From the human T2T-CHM13v2.0 reference genome, Homo sapiens, in assembly GCF_009914755.1 (NCBI RefSeq), contig NC_060931.1: 64,000 bases of DNA; one strand, 5' to 3'. This document shows positions 22,315 through 37,276 of this stretch, one piece after another. A model generated the notes under the pieces. It saw only the letters and a list, made by a program, of their open reading frames with translations, had not been told where the DNA came from and ran no database searches. The translations under genes and the position numbers were made by a program. Every line of letters starts with the position of its first letter. The stretch's first letter is position 1.

Positions 22315-24923
22315 TTTTCTATTGCATAAATAATGGTAAATTAGACTCTTTTTATACAGATTATATATTTACAGACAAGTTCGGTTAAAGAAAACATCTG
22401 GTAAATATGGCAGTTTTCCTTTATACACTAAGATAACATATTAATAATATATACTTCATTTGATCGGTAAGTTGCATGCTAAGTTAATTTATATTAATAT
22501 GTACATTTTATATAAAGATTCTTTTTTGACTAGTCTGCTGACTTTCTCATCACTTAATAGCAGAAATCATCAACTAATACTGAATGAGAGAAAATGGGAT
22601 GCTAATGAGGTAAATGGGAAGATGGTGATTGATGAGTTCCGTCTTAGTGGCTTATTCTGGATATGAGAGCTGCCAAGCTCCAATCGTCCTGGCCATGATC
22701 AATCCCCAGCTGTGCTTCTATTTACACCCAACATATTGGGGGCAATATACAAAATACAGTCATTTACTACTGTGCTTTGAGAGACAACTCACGTCCCAAG
22801 TCTAATGACCGCTACGATCACAGCGACCCCTCCTCCCCATCCAACAGTTGACAGTTCACCAACCCAATGCCTGGACAGACTTTCTGAGTCTAATTTTTCT
22901 CCAAAGTCATTGTTTTTGGTTGGTCCTTGGAGAAAAAGCTTCTTCCTGGATTCAGAACTGGGGAAGAAAATCAGACCCCAATAAGGACCCCTGAAAGCTG
23001 ATTTTGAGCTAAGAAAGAGAAAATATGCTTTAATTTTCCTTGGAGAGAGTTGAGAGCCACTGGCTTGTGCAACTCTCCACCAGGAGCTGACAGGATCCTT
23101 TCTTGGCCAATCTAGGTCTTTCCCAGGGAGAACAACAGGGCTTGTTAGAAAAACAATTACTGGGACGTCAGTCTACTTTAGGAAGAGGGAAAAAGAACAA
23201 GAATCTAGGGTTTTATGTTGCCTGGGGCAGAAGGGTTAGAGACTTGTGGATCCTGCAGCTGCTCTCTTCCTGCCCTCTCTCCCTGGTCATGGGTGGGCCA
23301 CATCAAAAGCAGGCACCGCTCAGCACTCAGCATCCCTCATTAGCCATTTAAAGGGCTGTCGCAGGTAGCCGGTCCCCCGCGACTGTTAATCTAATTCCTC
23401 ACAATCACCAAAGATCACGACTCTCTTCTTTCTGGGGTATTAGGAATAATTACAAGCTACTATCAACATATACTGGAAGTGCTGTTATAGTGGCCAGAAA
23501 AAAAAAAAAGCAAAGAAAGAAATAACTGGAAATTGTGCTCTTTATTCAGTAGCTTTCAGTAAGGCTTTCTCAAATGGAGAAACAAGCATCTCTTCTTGGA
23601 ATCTGCCATTGTTTCCTCCAACTTTCTCCTGAATTCTGATTCACATGACCTTTGGGGAGGTGACTGACTCCCTTTATTTTCACACTTGCCAAGACAGACA
23701 GAAAGCTCATCTTTGATGCTCCCTCGAGTCAGCAAGTCCTTAGAGAATAAACAAAACCTCTTGCCTGCAAGCTGTGACACATTTAACATACACCAATTTG
23801 CATTGTTTCATTTACAGACAGCGGACACCAAAAGAGAGACTTTATCACAACTGCCTCTTGGGACTTGTGTTCAAAAAGGAGCTCCCAGTTCCTAGTGCAA
23901 TTCATGGGTGAAATCCAGACCCTCTCAGTAGGGAGCATTCACTCCATCTTGTTTCAGACAAAATAGATGGGAGGGCTTGTCTGGTTTACTTTTCCTCTGG
24001 CTTTAGAGAAACCTGAAGCCAGGGAGGAATGTCACTCAACATAACCTAGATAGTGGGTGGAAGAGTCCTGGCTCCTGGGCTTTCTCCAGCTGGTAGTACC
24101 GTCCACACTTTGAGTTCTTTCTTCTGCTCTCCTGGCCTCAGTTTAACAGGTCTGAGAGCCCTGAGAGAGGCATTCTGGGCTTGACAGATGTCAGCATCCT
24201 CCCAGGAATGGCGAGCTACCAGCCTGCTCTTGAAATGCACAGAGCCTTTCGTGTGGATCAGACTGATGGGCAGCCCCATGGCACTCAATGGCCTGCATGT
24301 TTCCAAAGTAGGCCAGCGATCCAGAGAAGACCTTCAGAGGACAGCATCTGCAGCCCTTTAAGAACTTTCTTTGTCTCCCTCAGGTCCAGGGATGGAGCAA
24401 TATCGCAGTTGCACCTTGCATTCCCTGGAATATTCCTTCCTAATTAGCCTGCTCTTCTATCCCACTGGAAAATTCCAGCCTCTGCATCCTTTCCACTTGG
24501 ACAATAACTTCTAACAGTGCGAGAAACACTAGTTTGAAAGCCAACCCATCACACCTGAGGAAAAGAGATGGGTGAGTCTATGCCCGGCATGGGGGTTGTG
24601 CTCAACTGATGAACTACCCCAAGGTCAGGGTAGGGGCAGGTGGCCGGGCAAGCTTTTCCACTTTCAGAGGACTGTCTTGTGGGTGGGACTGGAAAAACCT
24701 CATTCTTTGTGATATATTTCCAGTCAACGGAATAAAATTAATTTTGCCTTGGAGACGTTTTGAACAGTATTGTCATGTCTCTCGAGACCCTATGAAGAGT
24801 CCCAAATGAATATGAAGGAGAAACCACAGCTGTCAAAATGACCATATGCATTAGCAATGACCATAGGATACTAAGAGAAATGCTTGGCTTGTTGGTGTAA
24901 TTGATCTCATTGCTCCAAACCAA

Positions 24924-25343
24924 TCATAGAGGCTGGATATTTGTTCCCCCCAAATTTCATGTTGATCTCCAGTGCTGGAGGTGGGGCCTGCTGGGAGATA
25001 TTTGGGTCATAGGGACAGATTCCTCATGAATGACTCGGTGCCCTCCCTGTAGTAATGAGTGAATTCTTACTTTATTAGTTCATGCAATTGCGGGTTGTTA
25101 AGAAAAGGAGACTGGCACCTCTTCTCCTCTCTCTTGCTCCTGTTCTTGCTGTGTGACGTGCCTGCTCCCCCTTCACCTTCCACCATGGGTCAAAGCTTTC
25201 TGAGGTCTCACCAGAAGCCAAGCAGATGTTGATACCTTGCTCAAACAGCCTGCAGAACTGCGAGCCAAATAAACCTCTTTTCTTTATAAATTACCCAGTG
25301 TTAAGGTATTCCTTTATAGCAATGCAAAACGGACTAACATACA
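24924..25343 (+). mobile_element. MST (MSTB-like MaLR) solo LTR inside CALN1 3'UTR, antisense to the mRNA
   Basis: ggatatttgttccccccaaatttcatgttga ... gagccaaataaacctcttttctttataaattacccag ... cggactaac. Confidence 0.88.
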
Positions 25344-25542
25344 CCTATTTATGGCAGGGCCAAAAAATTGAGGACAATCCCGAGTGACTTAGTCAAAGCA
25401 AGTATGAAGTGAAGCTGAACAGTTGTGACACTCAAATTATCATGGAGACTGGGTCGGTAAGAGGCAGCCCAAATTCTCCTCTATGTTGCTGTCACTTTAA
25501 ATAATTTAAATTGAAAAGTCTTAGCTGGTGAATAATGTTTCT

Positions 25543-25874
<332 letters not shown>

Positions 25875-28800
25875 TAGATTCTCCCCTTCTGGGGCAGTTG
25901 AGCAATCAGGTGTGGAGGGAAGATGGCTATGGTAAGGCCTTTAGGTTACGGACTCTTAGCTCCATGGGGATCACTGAAGAGGCCAATGAGAATGTTCTGA
26001 TTTGAGGTCTTTTAAGACAGATGTTCTTCAGGGGTTGCAGCTCTGCAGACCTCCTGGTTATACAACCAGGATGTGTGACGTGCTGAAGTCTAAAAGTTTC
26101 ATCTCAGTTCATCTGTACCATCACGGTGATATAGGAAAAGGGGCCCTTCCTAGCAGGGGAATTCCAGACCCCCCCTGTTATCTTGGTGAAATGGTAAAAA
26201 ATGTAATGACTATGGGCCTTTGGAGAAATAGTGTGGCAAAATGACCCAATAGGGTTTGAGACCTGCAGTTAGGAGGAGCAGAGCTTAGCAGCTTCTGCAA
26301 GGAAGGAGAGCAAGGACACAGTAAACACAGATCCCAGGACATGTGACCACACGTGGCCAGGCCAGCCCAAACCAGGGAGCTGTCCTGGGTGGTTGCATCC
26401 TTCATTTTCTGTCCATGCCCTCATAGGGCCTCAGGGAAACTGCTAGATTTAGGTGAAGAGCAACGTGCAAAACTGTCTTTGATTTATGACCTGAGTCTGG
26501 ACTTAAACCGAGTACGAGGCATTTGGAATAAAAGGTAAACTTTTCTCTCTCAGTTCTGAAACATATCGCTTTATGATTCTATGAATGGGAAGTTGGGAGG
26601 GGCATTATTGTCAAAAGCAGCTGTCCATTTTTCATAGGCTCTTTTGGATAACTGCAAGATCGTAGACCATTTGTCAAGTGAGATTTGAGACAGGGCAGGT
26701 ATTGAGAAAGAAGACTCATAAGACACATCTTGTTCTCTGCAAATAAAACACCCAGACATTTCTGAAACCACTGGGTTTGCCTAAGACCACACCTAAACCT
26801 CAGTTCACCAAAGTTCACGTGTTTGGCTTGCAGGAGTGTGCTCAACAGGCAAACCGATACTTTTAAAGATTGGAGGCTTAATATCTTGTTTGCCTTCCAA
26901 GATGATATTTCTGTCAATTTACCTAGATTAAGGGGTCCTGGCTCTGGACCCTGGGAGAAGGGGCTGGGAGTAGGGATGGGGAGATACCAGGGCTTACAGG
27001 TAGCTCCTGCTCTCCTGAGTAAATAGAAGGACAAGTTCAAATGCCAGACAAAAAGGCAGAGATACCACCCAGATTCTTTAAGGGTAATTGCCTCTCCCAG
27101 CAGGATACAGATGCAGAGAGTCAGGTTGCACTCAGGCTGAATTGGAGTGTTCTTTAAGAAAATGTTCCCTATTTTTGTGTGCCTTGGCAAACTCAGGGTG
27201 GAATGCAAGGGTTGCCATGGTAATATCCCTCTTTTTTTTTTGTCAGATCAGTCACGTGGGACCCAAGCACATTCTGGAAGCCATTGCTAATAGTCCCGAT
27301 GCTAGATTCTGTCTGGGGGCTTTGTGGGTATCTGGAAAGGTGGGGCGCAGCTTCTTTGGGGATCAAGGGGGTCAGGGTCCATTTCCCCTTCTCTCCCAAG
27401 GAAAATGCCTTCTTGCTCATCACTTGTGCTTTCCAGGGGGGCGGCGGGGGGTACCTGCTCTTGCAGCAAGAATGAGCCAACCTGTGTTTGTCAATCACTC
27501 AGCCTCCACACAGTTGGGCAGCCAAGGTCACTGGTTCCTAAGTCCGGAGGACAGAATGAGGGGTGAGCTATTCCCTCTCAATTCCTGCGGAAGTCACTTC
27601 CAGCTGGGGCTACATGGCATCCCTTGGGCATGGGAGACCAGGACCTTCTGGAATCTTCAGCCGTGAGCTTCATAGCCACCATGATGGGGACACTGACTGG
27701 CATGGGGCCCTAGCATAAAATTTGTGTGAACAGGGCTGGGAGTTGGCTGCCTGACAAGGAAGGCTTCCCTATACCCAAGACAAACTGTCCAAGCAAAGCA
27801 GCCAGGGTGCAAGTCACCGGGACAAACTCTGAGCTCCTGAAGTCTAAGGAATGCCGCTAGCTCAGGGCCGTCTCCACGCACTGTGTCCTTCAGTCCCTGG
27901 GTGCCACATGGGGGGTTACCACAGTGGGAAGATAACTCCTAGGCTGTCAGAAAGAATTCTGTGTCTTCCTTCTTGCCATCTCTCTCTAGCAGTCTGCAGA
28001 GGAATGCATTCTCCTAGATTTTCCCCTGGGGAGGGTGGGCTTGCTTCCAGGTCACTGGGAGCAAGAAGAAGGTCACCGTTAGGAAAGGAATCCTGCAGCC
28101 TTTCCAGAAAACAGGATGGCGGCGCCTCTCCAGAACTCCTTTTCCTCCCTACTCCTGCACAGTGGCTAATCTCTCTGCCAATGAAATCTAACCCTCACCT
28201 CTTGAAGGGTCTCTGTTCTCCAGCAGGAGGCAGAAGAACTCGCAGAAAAGCCACCTTCAAAGAAGTACTCATTTTCTGCCCTGAAGACCAGCCTCAGCTG
28301 CAGCATTTCAGTCCCCTCTCATGGAGGAGGGGGCTTTGAAGAATCATCCCTGGGGTTTCTACCCAGTCTACTTAGGGTCCTGCACCCCTATGGATGTGGT
28401 TGGGTGGTTCGGGGGTCAGGGAAAAACAGGAAAGTATATCCCTTCAAGATCTGCTATGCCCTCCCATCTAAGTCCAGATGGGAGAGGGCAAACTGCCCAG
28501 GGCAGAGATTAAGGATGAAGTTGTTCGATGTATTAATATTCTGCATTTGGACCGGTTCTAGTTGAGAATTCCAATCCTAAGGGGACAGTGGTGAGTCAGC
28601 CAACAGGAGCAGCAGAAGGGGCAGGCATGCAGTGTGCAGGCAGCAGGGCAGGTAAGGGGGAAAGGCAGGTTGCTGCCTCCTTGGTCTGGCCTTGCTGGGC
28701 TGAACTCCAGGAAGTTTTGCAGAGGGACCTGTGATCCCCCAGGCTCTTGGGAGCTTACATCTGCTCCCTCCTCCATATTATGGCTGAAGCCTTAGTTTTA

Positions 28801-30575
28801 CTTGTGCTCATCAGGAATATTCATAGTCTCCCACAGAGGGAAAGTTTCTACAGCTGCCCTCAGGCTGTTGCCAGTAGCACTTGCAGAGGTGAATGAGAAA
28901 ACTTTCATTGGAGACCTTGGGTGCTCCAAGTCTGAAAAGGCAGTAGGGAGAAAGCTGAGCAGGAAGACAGGGAGGGAGATCAGGAACACACAACGCACCA
29001 AAAAATCCTACCCACTGCATAGAGACAAGAAAGCTTCTGGTGGCTCGCTACTGGAAGGGGGGAAGCATGTAGTTTTAGGATGTAATCAAAAGAAGTAGGA
29101 GCAAGGTAATTCCATTACAAAATAAAGACCTGAGCTTGGAAAAGTACAAAGGGAACTATTACATCTAGAGATTACTGGCTAATCTGACTACACAAGCTTG
29201 AATTCATAGTAGTGGCTGACATCTAGGAAAAGTCAGGAAATTACAGACTTGGAATGGTGTTGAAAACAGATCCTTGGATTCAGTTCTCTTCCCCAACGAA
29301 AAGTATTCTGCAGGCAGGAGTAAATTACCTGTTCTGTTGGCTAAACTCATAAACATCTTTTCCCCCAACCTCCTGAAAATGAGTCAGTTGCAGAATCTGA
29401 AGGCCAGAAGATCTTATGTGAAAATACAGTCGTTTGATCTCTCCATCTTTCCATTTTGGATTGCATTTCTCTTTTTAGCTGGGGAAGACTAACAAAGCAA
29501 ACTCCAAGGTAAGGGAAAGGTAAGATGCACAAGGACCTTAACTTACAAAGGTCATCCGGCATAGAGACGTGGTGGGTCTCCATGACTCCAGATGGCTGGG
29601 TGTGGGTATCAAAACCTCACCGCCAGTCCCAGTCCCCTCCCCCCTCAACCTGCCTCACCCCTGCCCCAAAGAAGCAGGGATGAGTGTGGGAGGGAGGACA
29701 AGCTTATATTAGGTGTAAGCGATTAGGGAAGAATGACATCACACACGAAGAAGCCAAATATATATATCTGTCTATGTTATAGAGATGCCCACGATTATGC
29801 TTCTTTTTTTCTCTAATGGCAGCACAGGCGGCAAAGCTGGGAGAAAGGCTCTCTGCAGGTTCCAAAATGCTGGTGCGGGATGGGCTCTAGGAACAGAAAG
29901 CCAAGTGCCGACGGAAACTGAGAGCACCCCAGCTCTACCAATGGCAGTCCTCTAGAAAAGGCAGTAAGAACGGAAGCGGTGAGGGGTGCAGCTGAAGACC
30001 GCCAGGGGCTGCACCCCACTTAATGGCTTTCCCCTCATGCCTTGGGGGGGTCTCCACTGGGTGGAGGAAGGAAGCCAGGGTGGGATGGAAAGCCCCCTCT
30101 TCTGTGGCAACCCTGAAGTCAGCCTCTTGGAACTGAGGGTTGACCTCAGCAGAGAGTCTCCTGTTGACCCTTGGGTTGAAAGAATGGGGAGTGGAGGTGA
30201 CTGTGTGTTCATGCCTCTCTCTTGCTCTCTCACCATTATACCTGGATGGCTGCTGGAATTCCGAGATGAAGATGAAGTTTTTCTCTAGAGTTATGACTGA
30301 TGGTTGAAGCAATAATTTGGAAATCCTGGCGATTTATTGCATTAGAAAACAAAACCATTAAAGCACTGAAGACAGCCCTTTAGTGTCCCTGCCAAGGAGA
30401 TGAAGCTGAAGTGCAACCCCAGTTGCACTCAACCTTGGGTTCTTTACTGAACGGTTCCATCGTCCGCATCCATCCATAGTCCATAGGTCCGTGTCTGCTG
30501 TGTGGAGGAAGAGTCTGCCCGCACGGCATGCACATGCGCGGTGAGCTGCAACACAGTGTGGCTGGCGGGAGGCTG

Positions 30576-30703
30576 CTACTCCATGCCGCTCCGGAGTATC
30601 TGGTTGGCTGCAATCAGCATGACACTGATGATGAAGGCCATAGCAAAGGCGCATATGAGGCTCTTCCGGACGCAGGTCTGTCTGTTCTGCTTCTGGGAAT
30701 GCA
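30576..30703 (-). CDS. CALN1: CALN1 last coding exon: VHSQKQNRQTCVRKSLICAFAMAFIISVMLIAANQILRSGME* (C-terminal transmembrane tail anchor)
   Basis: Long pyrimidine tract, then ccaccaccAG|TGCATTCC acceptor (AG at 30705-30704). Phase matches the upstream exon. TAG at 30578-30576. Hydrophobic stretch LICAFAMAFIISVMLIAA followed by a short tail is the calneuron hallmark. Confidence 0.96.
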
Positions 30704-31279
30704 CTGGTGGTGGGAGAAGCAGGTGTGGGAAGAAGGAAGAGGGGTTGGGAGAAGAGAGAAGAGAGAAATAACACAGTGAGATAGGTTGCAACTCTTCCTC
30801 AACAGGCCAGCAGTGAGTCCTATAGGATGAGACTGGTCAAATCAAGTTGACAGGCATTTATGGGACCACTGCCATGGAGACTGCATAATACAAAATGCCT
30901 TCTGGTGAAAGGTATGAAATGAGAAAACTTCTATAACAAGAATCATGATGGATGTGATGATCAGAGTAAGGCCTAAATTTTCTGATAGAATAGAGCCAGA
31001 GTGACTTTCAGAGCCCGGAAATATGGGACATTCCAGGGTGAGTTTCATAAAAGACATCATCCAGTGACTGCTGTATCCATTTCTGCAGCTGATACAAACA
31101 GAGTGGAAGTTCAGATGCTTCCCTACACCTCTGTGATCAGCTGGGTGCAACTTACCTTTCCTGGACGTTTTCTTGGGTTTTGCTAATCACCATAAGTGAC
31201 TTCTTGCATTATTTCAGACATACACATAGTGGTTCTACAGTGGGGTCGTTGGACAAGCAGCATCCCCATTACTAAGAGG

Positions 31280-32300
<1,021 letters not shown>

Positions 32301-32634
32301 TTAACAAGCCCTCCGTGAGATCTTGGATGCTGCTGAAGTTGGGGAAGTGGGGATTGCTTGCTCTGGGCAGCACCAATGTGAAGATAGGGGGGCACCAAAC
32401 TCTCTTAGACATGCCAGAGGCAGGGTGTCCTGCCTCCAGATACCACGGCCCCACAGGGTTTACTTTGGGTCTAGGGGTTTCGTTCTCTTAATCTTTCTGT
32501 TGTGCCAGGTCTTGCACTTTCATTTTTATAACGCCCATGAGAAACCATGTATAGGTCTCAATCAAAAGGCATGAATTAGCGGATATTAATATGGGCCAGA
32601 AACAGATAAATGGAAATAACAAGAAAAAGCATTA

Positions 32635-32905
32635 GCCTGTAATTGCAGCACTTTGGGAGGTCAAGGCAGGAGGATTGCTTGAAGCCAGGAGTTTGAGACC
32701 AGCCTGGGTAACATAGAAAGACCCTGTCCCTACAAAAAATAATAAAAAAAAAATTTAGCTGGGTGTCGTTGGTGCATGCCTATAGTCCCAGCTAGTTGGG
32801 AGGCTGAGGCAGAAGGATCGCTTGAGCCCAAGAGCTCAGGGCTGTGGTGAGCTGTGGTCACACCACTGTATTCCAGCCTGAGCCACAGAGGAGTGAGACC
32901 CTGCA
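32635..32905 (+). mobile_element. AluJ
   Basis: Diverged Alu consensus. Confidence 0.88.
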
Positions 32906-33170
32906 GGAGAGAGAGAGAGAGAGAAGAAAGAAGAAAGAAGAAAGAAAGAAGAAAGAGAAAGAAAAAGAAAAAGAAAGAATCAAAGAAAGAGAAAGAGAGA
33001 AACAAAGAAAGAAAGAAAGGCAGGCGAAAGAAAGAATGAAAGAAAGGAAGGAAGAAGAAAGAAAGCAAGAAAGCAAGCAAGAAAGAAACGAAGGAAGGAA
33101 GGAGAAAGAAAGAAGAAAGAAAGAAAGAAGGAAAGAAAGAAAGAAAGAAAAGAAAGAAAGAAAGAAAGAA

Positions 33171-33218
<48 letters not shown>

Positions 33219-33231
33219 AGCAAGCAAGCAA
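32906..33231 (+). repeat. GA-rich/(AAAG)n tract grown from the Alu tail
   Basis: ~325 bp nearly pure purine. Confidence 0.95.
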
Positions 33232-33969
33232 GTGGGCTTTGATGAAGTGCATCAAGGATCCCAGGCATTGCATTACCTAAGGGGAAACTGAGTGGATGTC
33301 AGAATGTCTTTTCCATCTCCTCCTCCTTTTCCTCTACACTTTCTCCCTTGCTGTCTGTCCTGCAGTTGTGCACGGTTCCCCAGATAGCTTAGAGGAGACA
33401 TCTGTGCCCTTGAGGTCGGCAGGAAGCCACCTACTCCAGAGCAACTGGCTGAAACAGCAGCACCAGCGCCAGCTGAGAGTTTGATACAAATGAGATTCTC
33501 AGCCCTATTGCAGAATTACTGAATCAGACCTCTGGGGTGGAGGTTGGGAATTTGTGTTTTAATAAGCTCTCCAGGCAATTAAGCAATTGCTAGACATCCA
33601 CTCGGGAGTTTCTGATTCAGTAGGCCCGGAGTAGGATGGAGCTGCCGGGGACAGGAGGGGTGTGTGTGTGTGTTGTTGGGGACATGAAATCAGGGGTGTT
33701 GAAGAAGATGGCTCTTTACATTCAGCTGTTAAAGAAGACTGCGTAGCAAAAGAAAAAGGTCAAGGTTGTGTTCACATGCCTTTAGAGAATATAAAAATCA
33801 CTCAAGCTCAACTACCTCTCTCCCTTGATGTGAAGTGGCTCATCCAAACTCCTGGTATTAATACCAGGTAAGAAGTAGGAAGCTGGCCATATTTCCAAAG
33901 GCAAACAGAATTTTCTCCAAGAGAAAGGGTCCCAAGGGCTTGTCAAAGGATCTCTAAAAATGGCATTGA

Positions 33970-34510
33970 TCTTTTTTATGGCTGTGTAGTATTCCATGGT
34001 GTTTATGTACCACATTTCCTTTATCCAATCTACCATTGATGGCCATTTAGGTTGATTCCATGCATGTGTCTTTATGGTAAAGCAATTTATGTTCCTTTAG
34101 ATATATACCCAATAATGGGATTGCTGGATCGAATGGTAGTTCTGTTTCTAGCTCTTCGAGGAATCGCCACACTGCTTTCTACATCCTTTACAGGAACATT
34201 AATGGTGCTGGAGGCCATGATCCTTGGCAAACTAACACAGGAAGAGAAAATCAAATACCGCATGTTCTCACTTACAAGTGGGAGCTGAATGATCAGAACA
34301 CATGGATGCAAAGAAGGGAACCACAGACACTGGGGCCCACTTGAGGATGGAGGGTAGGAGGAGGGAGACGAGCAGAAAAAAATCACTATTGGGTTCTAGG
34401 CTTAGTGCCTGGGTGGTGAAATAATCTGTACAACAAACGCCTGTGACACGAGTTTACCTACAGAACAAACCTGCACATGTATCCCTGAACCTAAACTAAA
34501 AGTTAAAAAA
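33970..34510 (+). mobile_element. 5'-inverted (twin-primed) truncated L1PA
   Basis: Antisense L1 33970-34183 joined to sense L1 3' end 34184-34510; TSD aaaaatggcattga. Confidence 0.9.
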
Positions 34511-34520
34511 ATGGCATTGA

Positions 34521-34819
<299 letters not shown>

Positions 34820-34859
34820 TGGCATTGAGCAGGAAGGTTTCTCCAGAAAGCCAGGCTTC

Positions 34860-35077
34860 AAGAAAATGCACTTCAAATGCTGGGTGTGGTGGACAGAGCT
34901 GCGACCTGGCACTAATTCATGCGTTTCCTGATAATTATTGAAGATTATCATGCATTTGCATTGTACTATATTTTTGTATATTTATTTACTCTTGCCTCTT
35001 GCTGTCTATTATTTAGAAGTCTGTAATAGAAGACTATAGGTCAGCCTGGGATAAACTGTAAGTCTAAGATCTGACTT
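34860..35077 (+). repeat. Local duplication, copy A (218 bp)
   Basis: ~92% identical to 37066-37276. Confidence 0.95.
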
Positions 35078-35724
35078 ACAGTGACCCCAGTGAGCCAGCC
35101 GCAACCCCCAGCCCCCTCACCAGTATGATACTTGTGAATTATTTCGCCATGGTCTCTTAGGTCTCATCTCATTATCTTTATTCCTTCTGAATCCACTGAT
35201 TTCTGCTTCCCTGGGGCGATTTAAAGTATATGTGGCTCAGCTTTCTTCTTGCCGATTGAAGCTTCCACCTTTTGGCTACTACAAATAATGCTGTTTAGGT
35301 GTGGGTCTCAGAATCTTACAAGTTCTTACCTGGAGGAAGACAATATCCTTGGGGTAGAGATGGGCTTTATCCCATCAGTAGGCAAATGTACAAAGATACC
35401 AAGTCCCAGGAAGGAAAAAGGAGGTGGCATTTAAGAAGGAAAGGGCCAAAGAAGAAAATAAGACGAGAATGTGGAAGTAGCATATCCTAACACTTTCTGG
35501 CTAATTTATTCTGAGTAGCTTCTTCTCCTGGAAATGTTTCCGAAGGCAGCCCTTTTCCATTCCATCTTGAGGGCCTGCGAAAGCATTAGGAAGAGAAACA
35601 TTGCATGACTGGGCTGAGGGAGAAAGTTTTTGCTGAAGCTCTTCTTCGTGAAGGTCAACCAGGAAACAAGGTTACCAGCAACAGGGATTATCCCCCAGGA
35701 GAGCGGGGCTGCAAGTTTGATCTA

Positions 35725-36692
<968 letters not shown>

Positions 36693-37065
36693 AGATCTAT
36701 CTTCTTGTGGAGATTATGCATATAGGAAGGAACTGGAAAATTGTTTGTGCCCAATGAATGCGAGCTCCCTTGTATAAACCTTTTAAATGCTCCTATTTCT
36801 TTATTGAACACCAGCCTCAGCGGGTTGGGTACTGCGTTAAGTGCTTTTTTTTTATGTGCAGAGGTTGCATAGTGGCAGATACCATGTGTGATGGGTGTGT
36901 TGTCTTCATTTATTGCGTGAGGAGCCTGAATTCCAATAAGTGAAGTTCAAGGTCATTTGGGAAATGGCAGAGGTGGGATTTGAGCTGAGGGCTTACTGTT
37001 ACGCCCAGGTTCAAAACTTGTGTACAAATTCTTTTTGGTCTCCTGCATAGCAATAAACAGGTCCA

Positions 37066-37276
37066 AAGAAAATGCACTTCAAACACCGAGTGTGGTGGAC
37101 AGAACTGCGACCTGGCACTAATTTATGCATTTCTTGGTAATTATTGAAGGTTATCATACATTTGCATTGTACTATATTTTTGCATATTTATTTACTCTTG
37201 CTGTCTATTATTTAGAAGTCTATAATAGAAGACTATAGGTCAGTCTGGGAAAAACTGTGAGTCCAAGATCTGACTT
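37066..37276 (+). repeat. Local duplication, copy B (211 bp), running into a MIR (~37255-37420)
   Basis: ~92% identical to 34860-35077. Confidence 0.95.

Noticed and set aside
26579-27208. 209-aa minus-strand ORF inside the CALN1 3'UTR (longest in track)
   Set aside because: It starts at TTG, the first ATG is near the end, and the product has no recognisable domain. Chance ORF unless ribosome profiling shows otherwise.
27088-27666. 192-aa plus-strand ORF antisense to the UTR
   Set aside because: TTG start, no recognisable homology, no supporting splice or promoter signals
30358-30802. Overlapping ORFs in other frames and on the + strand across the last exon
   Set aside because: By-product of GC-rich, stop-poor sequence; only the 30576 frame matches splice phase and the known protein
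32730-33273. Long F/L/S- or K/E/R-rich ORFs (also 40695-41022, 58348-58740, 4028-4176)
   Set aside because: Translations of microsatellite or low-complexity DNA
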